A stretch of 64,000 bases of DNA from Acidobacteriota bacterium (GTDB lineage: Bacteria; Acidobacteriota; UBA6911; RPQK01; JAJDTT01). The notes under the pieces are model-generated. The model made no database searches. It saw only the letters and a program-made list of their open reading frames with translations, and was not told the DNA's origin. Below are positions 50,274 to 60,288 of this stretch, one piece after another (position 1 is the first letter of the stretch; every line of letters begins with the position of its first letter). Location: the NCBI GenBank assembly GCA_965209055.1, contig OZ242374.1:5824001-5888000 (forward strand), read 5' to 3'. Position numbers and translations under genes: made by a program.

Positions 50274-51313
50274 GCCCCCGATTCCGGGAGGATTTCGAGC
50301 CCCTGGGGAGCCCGCCACTCGTCGACCAGGGAGGCTTGGTGGACACAGGAAACGGTGCAGTACGGAGCGCAACTTTTTGGGGTCCGGTGCTCCCGCCGGA
50401 TATCCGCCAGAGTGTATTCCGCCAGAGGAATTCCCGGGTGGCCGCGTTGCTGGGAACAGTAGTGCACGAGCCCGTCTTCGCAGACATACAGGTACCGGGA
50501 CCCCGCCCGGCAGCGCCAGTCGTTGGGCCGGCCGGCAGCCAGGTTCTCCTGAAAGACCCGGTTCAGACGGGAATAGCCCCTTTTCGCCATGCTCTTGACC
50601 TGGTGGAAGATGTGCACTTCCTCGGAGCTGAGGGGCTTGAGCCCGCCATGCCCGTCATGGATGACGCCGACGGTGCAAGTGAACCCCAACGCAACGGCCC
50701 GGCGCGCGATGACCAGGGCATCTTGGGGATGATTCACGCCGGAACCCAGAACCGTATTGATGTTGACCTGGAACTCCGCCAATTCCGACAGGTAGAGGAG
50801 CTTCTTGTCCAGCACCTTCAGGCTCTTCATGGAGTTCTTGTCGGGCTTCACGTTGTCGATGCTGATCTGCAGATGCTCCAGCCCGGCCCGGTTCAGGGAC
50901 CGGATCCTCTTGCGCGCCAGGAGGTATCCGTTGGTGATGAGACCGGCGATCATGTTGCGGTCCCGGATCCGGGTGATGACGGCCTCCAACTCCCGATGCA
51001 TCAAAGGCTCACCGCCGCTGATGGTGACAATGGAGGTCCCCAGGCGGGCCAGTTGATCGATCCGCTCCAGCATCACTTCGGTGGGGATGGGCGGGGAGAA
51101 GTCATCGTACTCGTTGCAGTAGGAGCAGGAGAGATTGCAACGCCGCATGGGGATGATGTGCGCCAGAATCGGGTGACTCTGCGAGAGCAGGGCGCGACCC
51201 ACCATCTTCAACTCACGCACGCGGATCTTGACGGATTGGAGTCTGCGCATGGGCCTGTGGCGGGCGCCGTTGGAACGGGTGCGGATCATAGCAGCCTGGT
51301 CCGGGGCCGTCAA
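50270..51313 (-). CDS. Radical SAM protein with C-terminal SPASM/twitch-like cysteines
   Basis: CNLSCSYC, SGGEP, CRAG...YC...CAPYCTVSC; start uncertain. Confidence 0.88.
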   Translation of the reverse strand: MTAPDQAAMIRTRSNGARHRPMRRLQSVKIRVRELKMVGRALLSQSHPILAHIIPMRRCNLSCSYCNEYDDFSPPIPTEVMLERIDQLARLGTSIVTISGGEPLMHRELEAVITRIRDRNMIAGLITNGYLLARKRIRSLNRAGLEHLQISIDNVKPDKNSMKSLKVLDKKLLYLSELAEFQVNINTVLGSGVNHPQDALVIARRAVALGFTCTVGVIHDGHGGLKPLSSEEVHIFHQVKSMAKRGYSRLNRVFQENLAAGRPNDWRCRAGSRYLYVCEDGLVHYCSQQRGHPGIPLAEYTLADIRREHRTPKSCAPYCTVSCVHQASLVDEWRAPQGLEILPESGA

Positions 51314-52266
51314 CGGCCGGCCGGACCGGACCCGTCGTCCTTGCGAGCCTTCTGAACCACCGTCATGGCCGAGGCGATCATGCCGGCCATGTCGGACAGG
51401 TTGGAGGGAATGATCAGGGAATTGTTGGTCCGCGCCAGATTGCCGAACTGCTTGATGTACTGCTCCGCGACCCGCAGGTTGACGGCATCCTGACCGCCCT
51501 GCTCATTGATGGCGGAGGCGATTTCCCGGATTCCCTTGGCCGTGGCCTCGGCCACCTTCTCGATCTCCGTCGCTTGCCCCACGGCTTCGTTGATCCGGCG
51601 CTGTTTCTCCCCCTCGGAGCGCTTGATCAACTCCTGCTTTTCCCCCTCGGCAACGTTGATCTTCGCCTGTTTCTCCCCTTCCGACTGCGCCACCAAGGCC
51701 CGCTTCTCCCGCTCGGCCCGCATCTGCTTCTCCATGGCGCTCTTGATGCTCTGCGGAGGAATGATGTTCTTGACCTCGTAGCGGGTCACCTTCACGCCCC
51801 AGGGATCGGACGCCTTGTCCACCGCGTCGACGATCTCCGAGTTGATGGTCTCCCGCTCCTCGAAGGTGCGGTCCAGCTCCAGCCGGCCGATGACGCTTCG
51901 CATGGTGGTCTGGGCCAACTGCGTGGACGCGAACTGGTAGTTGTTGATTCCGTAGGAGGCCTTGCCGGCGTCGATCACCTGCAGATAGAGAATGCCGTCC
52001 ACCTCCACCGAGATGTTGTCCTGCGTGATGCAGGTCTGAGGCGGAACGTCCACCGCCTGCTCCTTGAGCGTATGCCGGTAGGCGACCTTGTCCACGAACG
52101 GCGTCAGGACATGGAACCCGGCCTTCAACGTGGCCCGATACTTGCCCAGGCGCTCCACGATGAAGGCGGACCTCTGTGGAACGATCCGGATGGTCTTGAA
52201 AAACGCGATCAGCGCCAACAGGATCAGGCCGATCAGAACAACCGTGCTCATGTCCACCATGGTCAC
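51310..52266 (-). CDS. SPFH/stomatin-like protein (paraslipin)
   Basis: IVERLGKY, AQTTMRSVIG, WGVKVTRYE, QMRAERE. Confidence 0.92.
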   Translation of the reverse strand: MTMVDMSTVVLIGLILLALIAFFKTIRIVPQRSAFIVERLGKYRATLKAGFHVLTPFVDKVAYRHTLKEQAVDVPPQTCITQDNISVEVDGILYLQVIDAGKASYGINNYQFASTQLAQTTMRSVIGRLELDRTFEERETINSEIVDAVDKASDPWGVKVTRYEVKNIIPPQSIKSAMEKQMRAEREKRALVAQSEGEKQAKINVAEGEKQELIKRSEGEKQRRINEAVGQATEIEKVAEATAKGIREIASAINEQGGQDAVNLRVAEQYIKQFGNLARTNNSLIIPSNLSDMAGMIASAMTVVQKARKDDGSGPAGR

Positions 52267-52293
52267 CTCCCGGCATTTCCGATGCCGATGAAA

Positions 52294-52746
52294 TCAGATC
52301 TTCTTCACTGTCAGCGTCAGATTTTCCTTGTCCAGGATCTCGACCGCCGCGCCTTCGGGAATCCTCTCCCCGGACTCGGCTTCCCACGTGGTGCCCCGGT
52401 AATCGACGCGGCCGGAGCGGTCGGACCGGATCTCACGGGTCACCAGCGCGCGCCCGCCCACGAATTCGTCGGAGTCGACGCCGCCGGCCGCCGGCCGAGG
52501 GCGGTTGATCCTCCCCTTGATCCGGTTTCGGAAGATTAGCAGCAGCACGACGGACGAAACCACGAACACTCCCAACTGCAGGTTCAGGGAGACCTCCGCC
52601 GTTATGCAGAGGAGGGCCACCAGCCAGGCGCCCAAAGCGAAGAAGATGAGGACCACTCCGGGATTGGCGAACTCCATGAGCAGCAGGACGACTCCCAGCC
52701 CGAACCAGAGGAATTGGGGTCTGAGCCATTCCTGAAGAGAATCCAT
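52294..52746 (-). CDS. NfeD-family protein
   Basis: Three TM helices plus an OB-fold (GRV...GTTWEA); adjacent to the SPFH gene. Confidence 0.88.
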   Translation of the reverse strand: MDSLQEWLRPQFLWFGLGVVLLLMEFANPGVVLIFFALGAWLVALLCITAEVSLNLQLGVFVVSSVVLLLIFRNRIKGRINRPRPAAGGVDSDEFVGGRALVTREIRSDRSGRVDYRGTTWEAESGERIPEGAAVEILDKENLTLTVKKI

Positions 52747-52958
52747 CCATCCACCTCCGTTTCGCCGCTTGCCGCTCCTACTAGCCTATCAGTCCGCAGC
52801 CAAGGCCGTGGGGGCCTGCCCCCGGTGGCAAGGCGCCTCTGTCCTCCCTTGTCGCCGGCTGTATCATGTGGACGCCCACGCCGAACTGCGGGAGAGCGGA
52901 TCTTGCGGCGTCAGGGCCCATGGTCACGCCGCGCCGGGCGGACCGGAAGGATCTTCAG

Positions 52959-53888
52959 ATGGCCGGTTCCAAACTCGACCGGGACGTTCCCGAAACCTCC
53001 GCATCGAGTGGACTTCGCCTGGGTCTGGTCCAGAGCCGCTGCACTCCCGATCCGGAGGAGAACCTGCAGCGGGCGCTGGACGGAGCGCGGGAAGCGGCCG
53101 CCGGAGGAGCCCACGTCGTCTGCCTGCAGGAACTCTTCCAGTTTCCCTACTTCTGCCAGCGGGAGGACCCGGCGTTCTTCGACTGGGCGGAGCCGATCCC
53201 GGGACCGGCGTCCCGGCGGCTGTCGGTGCTGGCCCGCGAACTCGGCGTGATTCTCGTCGCTCCCCTCTTCGAGCGGCGCGCTCCCGGCCTCTACCACAAC
53301 ACGGCCCTGATCCTGGACGCCGGCGGCCGATCCCTGGGGCTGTACCGCAAGATGCACATTCCCGACGACCCCTTCTACTACGAGAAGTTCTACTTCACCC
53401 CGGGGGACCTGGGCTTCCAGGCTCATGCCACTCCCCACGGATCCGTCGGCGTGCTCATCTGCTGGGACCAGTGGTTCCCCGAAGCCGCCCGGGCGACAGC
53501 CTTGGCCGGCGCCCGGTTGCTCCTCTACCCCAGCGCCATCGGCTGGTTCCGGGACGACTCGCCCCGGGAGCGGCACGAGCAACAGGACGCCTGGGAGACC
53601 GTTCAACGCGCGCACGCCATCGCCAACGGGGTCTTCGTGGCGGCGGTCAACCGGGTGGGCAACGAGGGCGCCATCGGGTTCTGGGGACGCTCCTTCGTCT
53701 GCGACCCCTGGGGAAGGGTCCTGGCCCGCGCACCGGATGACCGCGGCCAGGTCCTGGTCGTGGAATGCCGGTTGCCGGAGGTGGAGGCCACCCGCAGGAC
53801 CTGGCCGTTTCTCCGGGATCGGCGGATCGAGAGCTATGACGGCCTCCTGTCGCGGTGGGGTTCCAAGCCGGATTTGCCGGACCTCTGA
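52959..53888 (+). CDS. aguB: N-carbamoylputrescine amidase (nitrilase family)
   Basis: LQELF, YRKMHIPDDP..YEKFYF, ICWDQWFPE; adjacent to agmatine deiminase. Confidence 0.88.
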   Translation: MAGSKLDRDVPETSASSGLRLGLVQSRCTPDPEENLQRALDGAREAAAGGAHVVCLQELFQFPYFCQREDPAFFDWAEPIPGPASRRLSVLARELGVILVAPLFERRAPGLYHNTALILDAGGRSLGLYRKMHIPDDPFYYEKFYFTPGDLGFQAHATPHGSVGVLICWDQWFPEAARATALAGARLLLYPSAIGWFRDDSPRERHEQQDAWETVQRAHAIANGVFVAAVNRVGNEGAIGFWGRSFVCDPWGRVLARAPDDRGQVLVVECRLPEVEATRRTWPFLRDRRIESYDGLLSRWGSKPDLPDL

Positions 53889-53889
53889 G

Positions 53890-54954
53890 ATGGCGTCCGG
53901 AACCGGCGCGCCGACTCCTCGAAGACTCGGCTACTTCATGCCTCCCGAGTGGCATCCCCACGAGTCCACTTGGCTGGCCTGGCCCACGAACCGGGAGACG
54001 TGGCCCGGACGCGTGAGGCGAATCCAGTCGCTCTTCCTGGAGATGATGCGGCTCCTGGCGTCCGGAGAGAGAATCGACCTGCTGGTGGACCACCGCGAGC
54101 AGGAGGAGGAAGTCCGCGGCCGTTTGGACCCGGCCGCGCGGCGGAGGGTTCGATTCCACTGGATCGCTACGGGCGACGCGTGGATCCGGGATTACGGTCC
54201 CAACTTTCTGATTCGATCCGGCGGCGAACAGGCCGCCGCCGGCTTCAACCAGTGGCGCTTCAACGCCTGGGGAGGCCGATACCCGGAATTGGCGGTGGAC
54301 GGAGACGTCCCGAGCCGGCTGGCCCCGTTGTTGGACATGCCTCGTTTCCGGCCCGGGCTGATGCTGGAGGGAGGCGCCATCGACGTGGACGGCCGGGGCG
54401 GGGTCCTGGCCTCTGAAACCTGCCTGCTCAATCCCAACCGAAACCCGGGACGAAGCCGGAAGGTCGTGGAGGACGGCCTGAGGAGCCATCTGGGCGCGTG
54501 CCGGACGATCTGGCTGGGAGACGGGTTGCCGGGTGACGACACCGACGGCCACGTGGACAACCTGGCGCGGTTCGTGCGCCCGGACACCATCGTCTGCGCG
54601 GTGGAGGAGGACTCCAGTCGACCCCATCACCACATACTCGAGGACAACCGACGGCGCCTGACGCTGGCCCGGCGGACGGACGGCCGCCGGTACCGGATCC
54701 TGACCCTGCCGCTGCCCTCCCCGCGTGAGACCGGACTCGAAGGACTCCCGGCTTCCTACTTGAACTTCTACATCGCCAACCGGAGGATAATAGTCCCGGC
54801 GTTCGGATGCCGGCAGGACGAACTGGCCCGCAAGACCGTACAGGAGCTGTTCCCGCGGCGGCGGGCCGTCAGCCTGAATTGCCGGGACCTGATCCGGGGA
54901 CTGGGAGGCATCCATTGCATCACGTTGCAACAGCCCCGGGCCGTCAGGGGTTGA
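53890..54954 (+). CDS. aguA: Agmatine deiminase
   Basis: MPPEW, WIRDYGP, LEGG, DTDGHVD, ASYLNF, GGIHCITLQQP. Confidence 0.92.
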   Translation: MASGTGAPTPRRLGYFMPPEWHPHESTWLAWPTNRETWPGRVRRIQSLFLEMMRLLASGERIDLLVDHREQEEEVRGRLDPAARRRVRFHWIATGDAWIRDYGPNFLIRSGGEQAAAGFNQWRFNAWGGRYPELAVDGDVPSRLAPLLDMPRFRPGLMLEGGAIDVDGRGGVLASETCLLNPNRNPGRSRKVVEDGLRSHLGACRTIWLGDGLPGDDTDGHVDNLARFVRPDTIVCAVEEDSSRPHHHILEDNRRRLTLARRTDGRRYRILTLPLPSPRETGLEGLPASYLNFYIANRRIIVPAFGCRQDELARKTVQELFPRRRAVSLNCRDLIRGLGGIHCITLQQPRAVRG

Positions 54955-54997
54955 GGAAGCGTTGGCCGGACGCGGTGGTCACGCTCCTGAGGGATCA

Positions 54998-55903
54998 ATG
55001 ATGCGACAATTTTTGTGGTTCCTGCTGGTCTTGGCATCCGGATTCTTTGCCGGCTCATACGACGGCGGCCTTGCCGGCGAAAGCCGCACGCGGCAGCAGC
55101 GACAGGTCGAGGAAAACCCTCCTGTTCTCAGGCCGGGGGAAGCTGCAGGCGTGAGGATCGCGCCCGGGATGTGGCGGCCGCACTATCCCTACGAGCAGAT
55201 CGTCTGGATCAGCCCTCCCTGGCCCAGCGCCGATTACATCTGGTTGGATTTCCCGGAGGCCATCTTCTCCGATCAGGGGCTCCTCTACCTGAGTCATGTC
55301 AATTCGGACTATCCCCCGCTGTTTCCCGATCTACCGCGGACCCCATGGCGGGAGATCCCGAATGGGGTGGCCTTCGAACGGCAATTGCCGAATGGAGTCC
55401 GTTTCGGAGGAAGAGTGGTCAAGACGGACGACACGACCGTCGCACTGGAACTCCACATCGAAAACGGCAGTCCCCGTCCTCTGACCAATATCCGACTGCA
55501 AACCTGCGGCTATCTGCGGGCCATCCGCGAGTTCGCCGATTTCACCAATGACAACAAGTTCGTTCATCTGCCGGGCCAGGGCTGGCAATCTCTTCGGAAG
55601 TCAATCGAAACCAGGGCTTCGGCGGGGAGATATGCCATTGGATTTCGGGGTATCGGCCTGCCGGGAGCCGACCTGCCGGTCATCGCTGCACTCTCCAGCC
55701 TCGGTCAACGTTTCGTGACCATGACCTGGTTCGATGACACGTTGTCGCTGACCGGGAATTACAGGCACCCCTGCTTCCACGCGGATCCCGGTTTTGCGGA
55801 CCTCTCACCCGGAGAATACGCTTCCATCGAGGGGACGATCCTTTTCTTCGAAGGGACTCTCGACCAGCTCGAAGCACGGATGAAGGCGAGCCGATCGCCT
55901 TAG
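54998..55903 (+). CDS. Hypothetical secreted protein
   Basis: Signal peptide; long ORF; DFPE and HPCFHADP motifs not assignable. Confidence 0.7.
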   Translation: MMRQFLWFLLVLASGFFAGSYDGGLAGESRTRQQRQVEENPPVLRPGEAAGVRIAPGMWRPHYPYEQIVWISPPWPSADYIWLDFPEAIFSDQGLLYLSHVNSDYPPLFPDLPRTPWREIPNGVAFERQLPNGVRFGGRVVKTDDTTVALELHIENGSPRPLTNIRLQTCGYLRAIREFADFTNDNKFVHLPGQGWQSLRKSIETRASAGRYAIGFRGIGLPGADLPVIAALSSLGQRFVTMTWFDDTLSLTGNYRHPCFHADPGFADLSPGEYASIEGTILFFEGTLDQLEARMKASRSP

Positions 55904-55947
55904 ACTCATGCTGTGGGACCGTTGTGCCCCCGGCGAGCAATGCGGGC

Positions 55948-56397
55948 CTACGGGTGCGCGTCCGTCCATGGATTCACCGTGATCACGCCGGTATTGCGAA
56001 AGTCCCGTTGGTTTCGTGTGACGACGGTCAGGCCGTGGCGTTTCGCCGTGCCCGCCAACATGGCATCGGGAAGATGCCCGTCGAGCGGCTCGCCCAGCCG
56101 CCGTTTGGCTTCCATGATGCGGGCACAGACCCGGGCATCGGCGGCCGTCCAATCGAACACTCGATCCTGAAAAAGGCGATCCAGAACGCCTTCAAACCGG
56201 TGGGCAATGTCCTCCCGGAGCCGGCCAGGCTCGATTCGTCCGATTCCGTTGAAAATCTCCCAGACGGTGATGGACGCAAGTCCGATCCCCTGTCCGGCGA
56301 TTCGGTCCAGAAACCTTTCGACGCGCCGCTCCGGACGAGGCCGCATCATTTCGGAAACGACGTTCGTGTCGAGGAGCCAGGCTATGGGAGCCCTCAC
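55948..56397 (-). CDS. vapC: PIN-domain toxin (VapC/FitB)
   Basis: LLDTNVVSE, DAMLAGTA, VVTRNQRDF. Confidence 0.92.
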   Translation of the reverse strand: MRAPIAWLLDTNVVSEMMRPRPERRVERFLDRIAGQGIGLASITVWEIFNGIGRIEPGRLREDIAHRFEGVLDRLFQDRVFDWTAADARVCARIMEAKRRLGEPLDGHLPDAMLAGTAKRHGLTVVTRNQRDFRNTGVITVNPWTDAHP

Positions 56398-56675
56398 ACG
56401 CCGTCCTCGTCTGCGAATTCCACTGGCTTGTAGCCATAGCGGTCCGGCGGCGGCAGATCGATTCCGTCCTCCGGCCCGAAGTACCGCTTGAACACCTCGG
56501 ACGGCTTGGTGCGCCGTTCGGCCCTCTCCCGTCCTTCACGAATGAGCCGGCGGACGAACTCTTCCATGGAGACGCCGGCATCCCGCGCTGCCCTTTTCAG
56601 CCAGGACTTGTCCCCGGGTTCGATTCCACGGACGGTGATAACGGTACTCATCGTGGTGATTCCCTCGGACTGCAT
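56394..56675 (-). CDS. FitA-like ribbon-helix-helix antitoxin
   Basis: ITVRGI...LKRAA...GVSMEE..R.LI; 4-bp overlap with the toxin gene. Confidence 0.82.
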   Translation of the reverse strand: MQSEGITTMSTVITVRGIEPGDKSWLKRAARDAGVSMEEFVRRLIREGRERAERRTKPSEVFKRYFGPEDGIDLPPPDRYGYKPVEFADEDGV

Positions 56676-56699
56676 TTTTCACACCTGAGGCGGACCCTA

Positions 56700-56720
56700 T
56701 GCTAGCACAAAATGCTGTCA
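56700..56720. promoter_or_regulatory. Putative FitAB operator
   Basis: TGCTAGCA-N5-TGCTGTCA, overlapping a minus-strand TGnTAGCAT -10 element. Confidence 0.5.
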
Positions 56721-56826
56721 CCACTGGGACGAGTCCTGCCGTTGTTCGTACGAACGGCGAGATGGAGGTTACTGTGAAGAAAACGGACGTAGACTCGAAG
56801 CGCGGCGTAATCCCATGCCGCCTCGA

Positions 56827-57093
56827 CTAGGGTCCGAGCGTTCCTTCGGGGAGATAGCGATCCAGGAAACAGGCCACGGCAATTGCGGTGCCGACCAGGC
56901 CGACAAGCGCACCCACGATCCCTCCGGCCTGGACCCAGAGTGCCCGGTAGAGTCTGGTTTCCAGCCGCGCGATGTCCTGCTTCGTGGCCAAATGCTCACC
57001 GATTGGAACGGCTGCCGCTGCCGCTCTCGCCTTGGCCTCTTCCACACCTGCGTCAATAAACGCGTCGTAAATCTCGCTGACCATAACTCCCAT
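56827..57093 (-). CDS. CCDC90/DUF1640-like small membrane-anchored coiled-coil protein
   Basis: YDAF..AG..E..A, LATKQDI, C-terminal TM. Confidence 0.6.
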   Translation of the reverse strand: MGVMVSEIYDAFIDAGVEEAKARAAAAAVPIGEHLATKQDIARLETRLYRALWVQAGGIVGALVGLVGTAIAVACFLDRYLPEGTLGP

Positions 57094-57231
57094 GAGCGCC
57101 CCTGCTCAGTCCAGTCTACCTTCTTGCTGATGAATCAGACAGCTTCCGCGGCAAATGCCCAGCACTGCTGCGACGAGTCTGATCCCTGTTTGTAGGAACG
57201 GCGGGACGGAGGAAACTGCGAAGAAAATGAG

Positions 57232-57525
57232 CTACTCGCCGCGGATTTTGCGGAGCTCCCGCTCCATCTGGCGATTCAGGCGGGACTTGTCCCGGGAAAG
57301 CTGCTGGTTCAGTTCCTGGATCTTGTCCGCGGCCCCCGTCTCGGCGGCCGCAGCGATCTGAGCCTGCTTGTGGATCTCCACCTCGGCGATGCGGGCCTGG
57401 TACTTGTTTCGGACCCGGGCAATGGCATCCCGCTGCTCGTCGTTCAGGCTTACGACCGAATATTCTTCCTGAGCCTCCAGCTTCTCGAGAGCCAGTTCCC
57501 AAGCGGACTTCAACTCGCCAGGCAT
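57232..57525 (-). CDS. Hypothetical coiled-coil protein
   Basis: LKSAWELALEKL; AAGGA RBS; directly downstream of ilvB. Confidence 0.7.
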   Translation of the reverse strand: MPGELKSAWELALEKLEAQEEYSVVSLNDEQRDAIARVRNKYQARIAEVEIHKQAQIAAAAETGAADKIQELNQQLSRDKSRLNRQMERELRKIRGE

Positions 57526-57549
57526 CGGCAGATCCTTTCCAGCTCGGCC

Positions 57550-59301
57550 CTAGGCCTCGTCGTAGATGGTATCGGCGAAGGTGTGTCCCGACGGAATCAT
57601 GGGCAGGACGTGCTCCGTATAGGGGATCACGACGTCCAGAACGTAGGCGGTCTTGCTGGCCAGCATCTCGTCCAGGGCATCGGAAACTTCCTCCCGCCGG
57701 GTGATTCGGCGCGCCGGGAGCCCGAACCCCTGGGCCAGAGAGACGAAGTCGGGATAGATGTTCTTCGGATCCCGGGGATCGCCGATGAAGGTGTGAGCCC
57801 GATTGCTGGAGTAGAAGCGATCCTCCCACTGGACCACCATGCCCAGGTGCTGGTTGTTCAGGATCAGCGCCTTGACCGGGATTTCCTCGGCATAGGCGGT
57901 GGCCAGCTCCTGGATGTTCATGACGAAGCTTCCGTCTCCGTCCACGTCGATGACCTCCCAGTCGGGGCAGCCCAGCTTCGCGCCCAGCGCCGCCGGATAG
58001 CCGAATCCCATGGCCCCGAGGCCTGCCGAAGTCAGGAGCGTGCGAGGATAGACGAACTTGAAGTACTGCGCGGCCCACATCTGGTGCTGGCCCACCCCGG
58101 TGGTGAGAATGGCCTTGCCCCGGGTTTTCCGGGAGAGGAGGTCCAGAACGTACTGCGGCATGATCTGGTCTCCCTCCTGACGATAGTGGAAGGGCTTGGA
58201 ACGCTTCACCTCCATCAAGTTCCACAACCAACCGGAGTAGTCCGTCTTGCCCAGGTCCATCCGGTTGAGACGCCGCAAGAGGTCGTGGACGTCCCCGGTC
58301 ACCGGAATCTGGGCCGGCTTGATCTTGTTGATCTCGGAAGAATCGATGTCCACGTGGACGATGGTGCCGTGCTTGGCGAATTCCTCGGCCTTTCCGGTGA
58401 CGCGGTCATCGAAGCGAACTCCGAAGGCCAGCAGCAGATCGGCGTTGTTGACCGCGTAGTTGGCGTAGACGGCGCCATGCATGCCCAGCATGTCGAAGCA
58501 GAGAGGATGGCCGGCCGGGAAACTGCCCAGGCCCAGGACCGTCATCACCGTGGGAATGCCCGTCTTCTCGACGAAGCGCCGCAACTCTCCGGAGGCATTG
58601 GAGCAGATGATGCCGTTGCCGGCGTAGATGATGGGGCGCCTGGACGTGCGAATCGCCCGTGCGATCTGACCCAGTTCCCGGTCCCTGGCCTTGATTTTCG
58701 GGCGATAGCTCCGGAGGTCCACGCGGGACGGCCACTTGGGCTTGGCGCTGGACTGTTGGACGTCCTTGGGAATGTCGATCAGAACCGGACCGGGCCGCCC
58801 GCTGGACGCCACGTGGAAGGCCTCCTTGACGATGTGGGGCAGGTCCGAGACCTTCTGGACCAGGTAGTTGTGCTTGGTGATGGGACGGGTGATCCCGACA
58901 ATGTCGGTCTCCTGAAAGGCGTCCTTCCCGATCATGGTCTGGGGCACCTGTCCGGTGACGGCCACGATGGGGACCGAGTCCATCTTGGCGTCGGCGATTC
59001 CCGTCACCAGGTTGGTCGCCCCGGGACCGGACGTCGCCAGGGCAACGCCCACCTTTCCCGTGGCCTTGGCATACCCTTCCGCCATGAAGATGCCGCCTTG
59101 CTCATGACGGGGAAGGATGACCCGGATCTTGTCCTGGACTCCCAGCCGGGTCAGAGCCTGATGAATCTCCATCGAGGCTCCGCCGGGATACCCGAAAATC
59201 ACCTCTACGTTCTCCCGCACCAGAGCCTCGGCCAGAATGTCCGAGCCCTGGAGTGTCTGCACTCGGGAGGGGGCGCTGGGGGAGACACTTGAGGAAGCCA
59301 T
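57550..59301 (-). CDS. ilvB: Acetolactate synthase large subunit
   Basis: FGYPGG, RHEQG, TSGPGATN, DAFQE, GVGQHQM, GDGSF...NN TPP-binding motif. Confidence 0.95.
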   Translation of the reverse strand: MASSSVSPSAPSRVQTLQGSDILAEALVRENVEVIFGYPGGASMEIHQALTRLGVQDKIRVILPRHEQGGIFMAEGYAKATGKVGVALATSGPGATNLVTGIADAKMDSVPIVAVTGQVPQTMIGKDAFQETDIVGITRPITKHNYLVQKVSDLPHIVKEAFHVASSGRPGPVLIDIPKDVQQSSAKPKWPSRVDLRSYRPKIKARDRELGQIARAIRTSRRPIIYAGNGIICSNASGELRRFVEKTGIPTVMTVLGLGSFPAGHPLCFDMLGMHGAVYANYAVNNADLLLAFGVRFDDRVTGKAEEFAKHGTIVHVDIDSSEINKIKPAQIPVTGDVHDLLRRLNRMDLGKTDYSGWLWNLMEVKRSKPFHYRQEGDQIMPQYVLDLLSRKTRGKAILTTGVGQHQMWAAQYFKFVYPRTLLTSAGLGAMGFGYPAALGAKLGCPDWEVIDVDGDGSFVMNIQELATAYAEEIPVKALILNNQHLGMVVQWEDRFYSSNRAHTFIGDPRDPKNIYPDFVSLAQGFGLPARRITRREEVSDALDEMLASKTAYVLDVVIPYTEHVLPMIPSGHTFADTIYDEA

Positions 59302-59516
59302 GACCATGTAACCTGTCAGTTGTTCCGATTTCAGGGAATTCCTATCGTCACCAGACGAATCTCGGATTCTATCACCAAATTTCAGCGGCGGCGCAAATGG
59401 GCGGGATTCGCGGATCGGCAACCAGGGACTGTGCTTAGGAGAATTATGTTTGGAATTCAGGTGAGGCCGGACAGCTTGCGAAGCTTCGGAACCGGGTGAT
59501 AAAACTGGCCTTCGAC

Positions 59517-60275
59517 ATGCGCCTCAAGGACAAGGTCGCCATCATCACGGGAGCCGCAGCCGGCATCGGAGAGGCCTCCTCCCGCCTGTTCGCCGCCGAA
59601 GGAGCCACGGTCGTGGCGCTGGACCTCGACCCGGCGGGTCTGGAGCGGTTGGTGGACGATCTTCGGGACCAGGGATTCGCCTGCCACGGCCTCTGCGTCG
59701 ACGTGACCTCCTCCTCCCGGTGCCGGGAAGCCATGGAGTGGACGGCCCGGGAACTGGGCCGGATCGACATATTGTTCAACAACGCCGGCTTCGTGCACCA
59801 AGGGACGCTGCTGGAGGCTACGGAGGAGGACTGGGACCAGGCCCTGGACCTCAATGTCAAGAGCATGTTCCGAACCTGCCGCCATGCGCTTCCCGTCATG
59901 CTGCGCCAGGGCTCGGGAAACATCATCAACACCGCGTCCGTCGCCGGCCTCTCCGGAGTCGTGAAACGGGGCGTCTACTCGGTCTCCAAAGCGGCGGTCG
60001 TGGGCCTGACCAAGAGCCTGGCCATCGATTACGTCAACAACGGGATTCGCGCCAACTGCATCTGTCCGGGGACGGTGGACACGCCCTCGCTTCAGTCCCG
60101 GATCAACACTGCGGCGGATCCCGTGCAGGCCAGGAAGGACTTCATCGCCCGCCAGCCCCTGGGCCGCCTCTGCCAAGCCGAGGAGATCGCGGCGCTGGCC
60201 CTCTACCTGGCCTCCGACGATTCCGTTTTCATGACCGGCCAGGCGGTGATCATCGATGGAGCCATGACCCTCTAA
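59517..60275 (+). CDS. SDR-family oxidoreductase
   Basis: TGAAAGIG, NNAG, YSVSK, ICPGTVDT. Confidence 0.92.
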   Translation: MRLKDKVAIITGAAAGIGEASSRLFAAEGATVVALDLDPAGLERLVDDLRDQGFACHGLCVDVTSSSRCREAMEWTARELGRIDILFNNAGFVHQGTLLEATEEDWDQALDLNVKSMFRTCRHALPVMLRQGSGNIINTASVAGLSGVVKRGVYSVSKAAVVGLTKSLAIDYVNNGIRANCICPGTVDTPSLQSRINTAADPVQARKDFIARQPLGRLCQAEEIAALALYLASDDSVFMTGQAVIIDGAMTL

Positions 60276-60288
60276 AGGAGAGTTCGGC

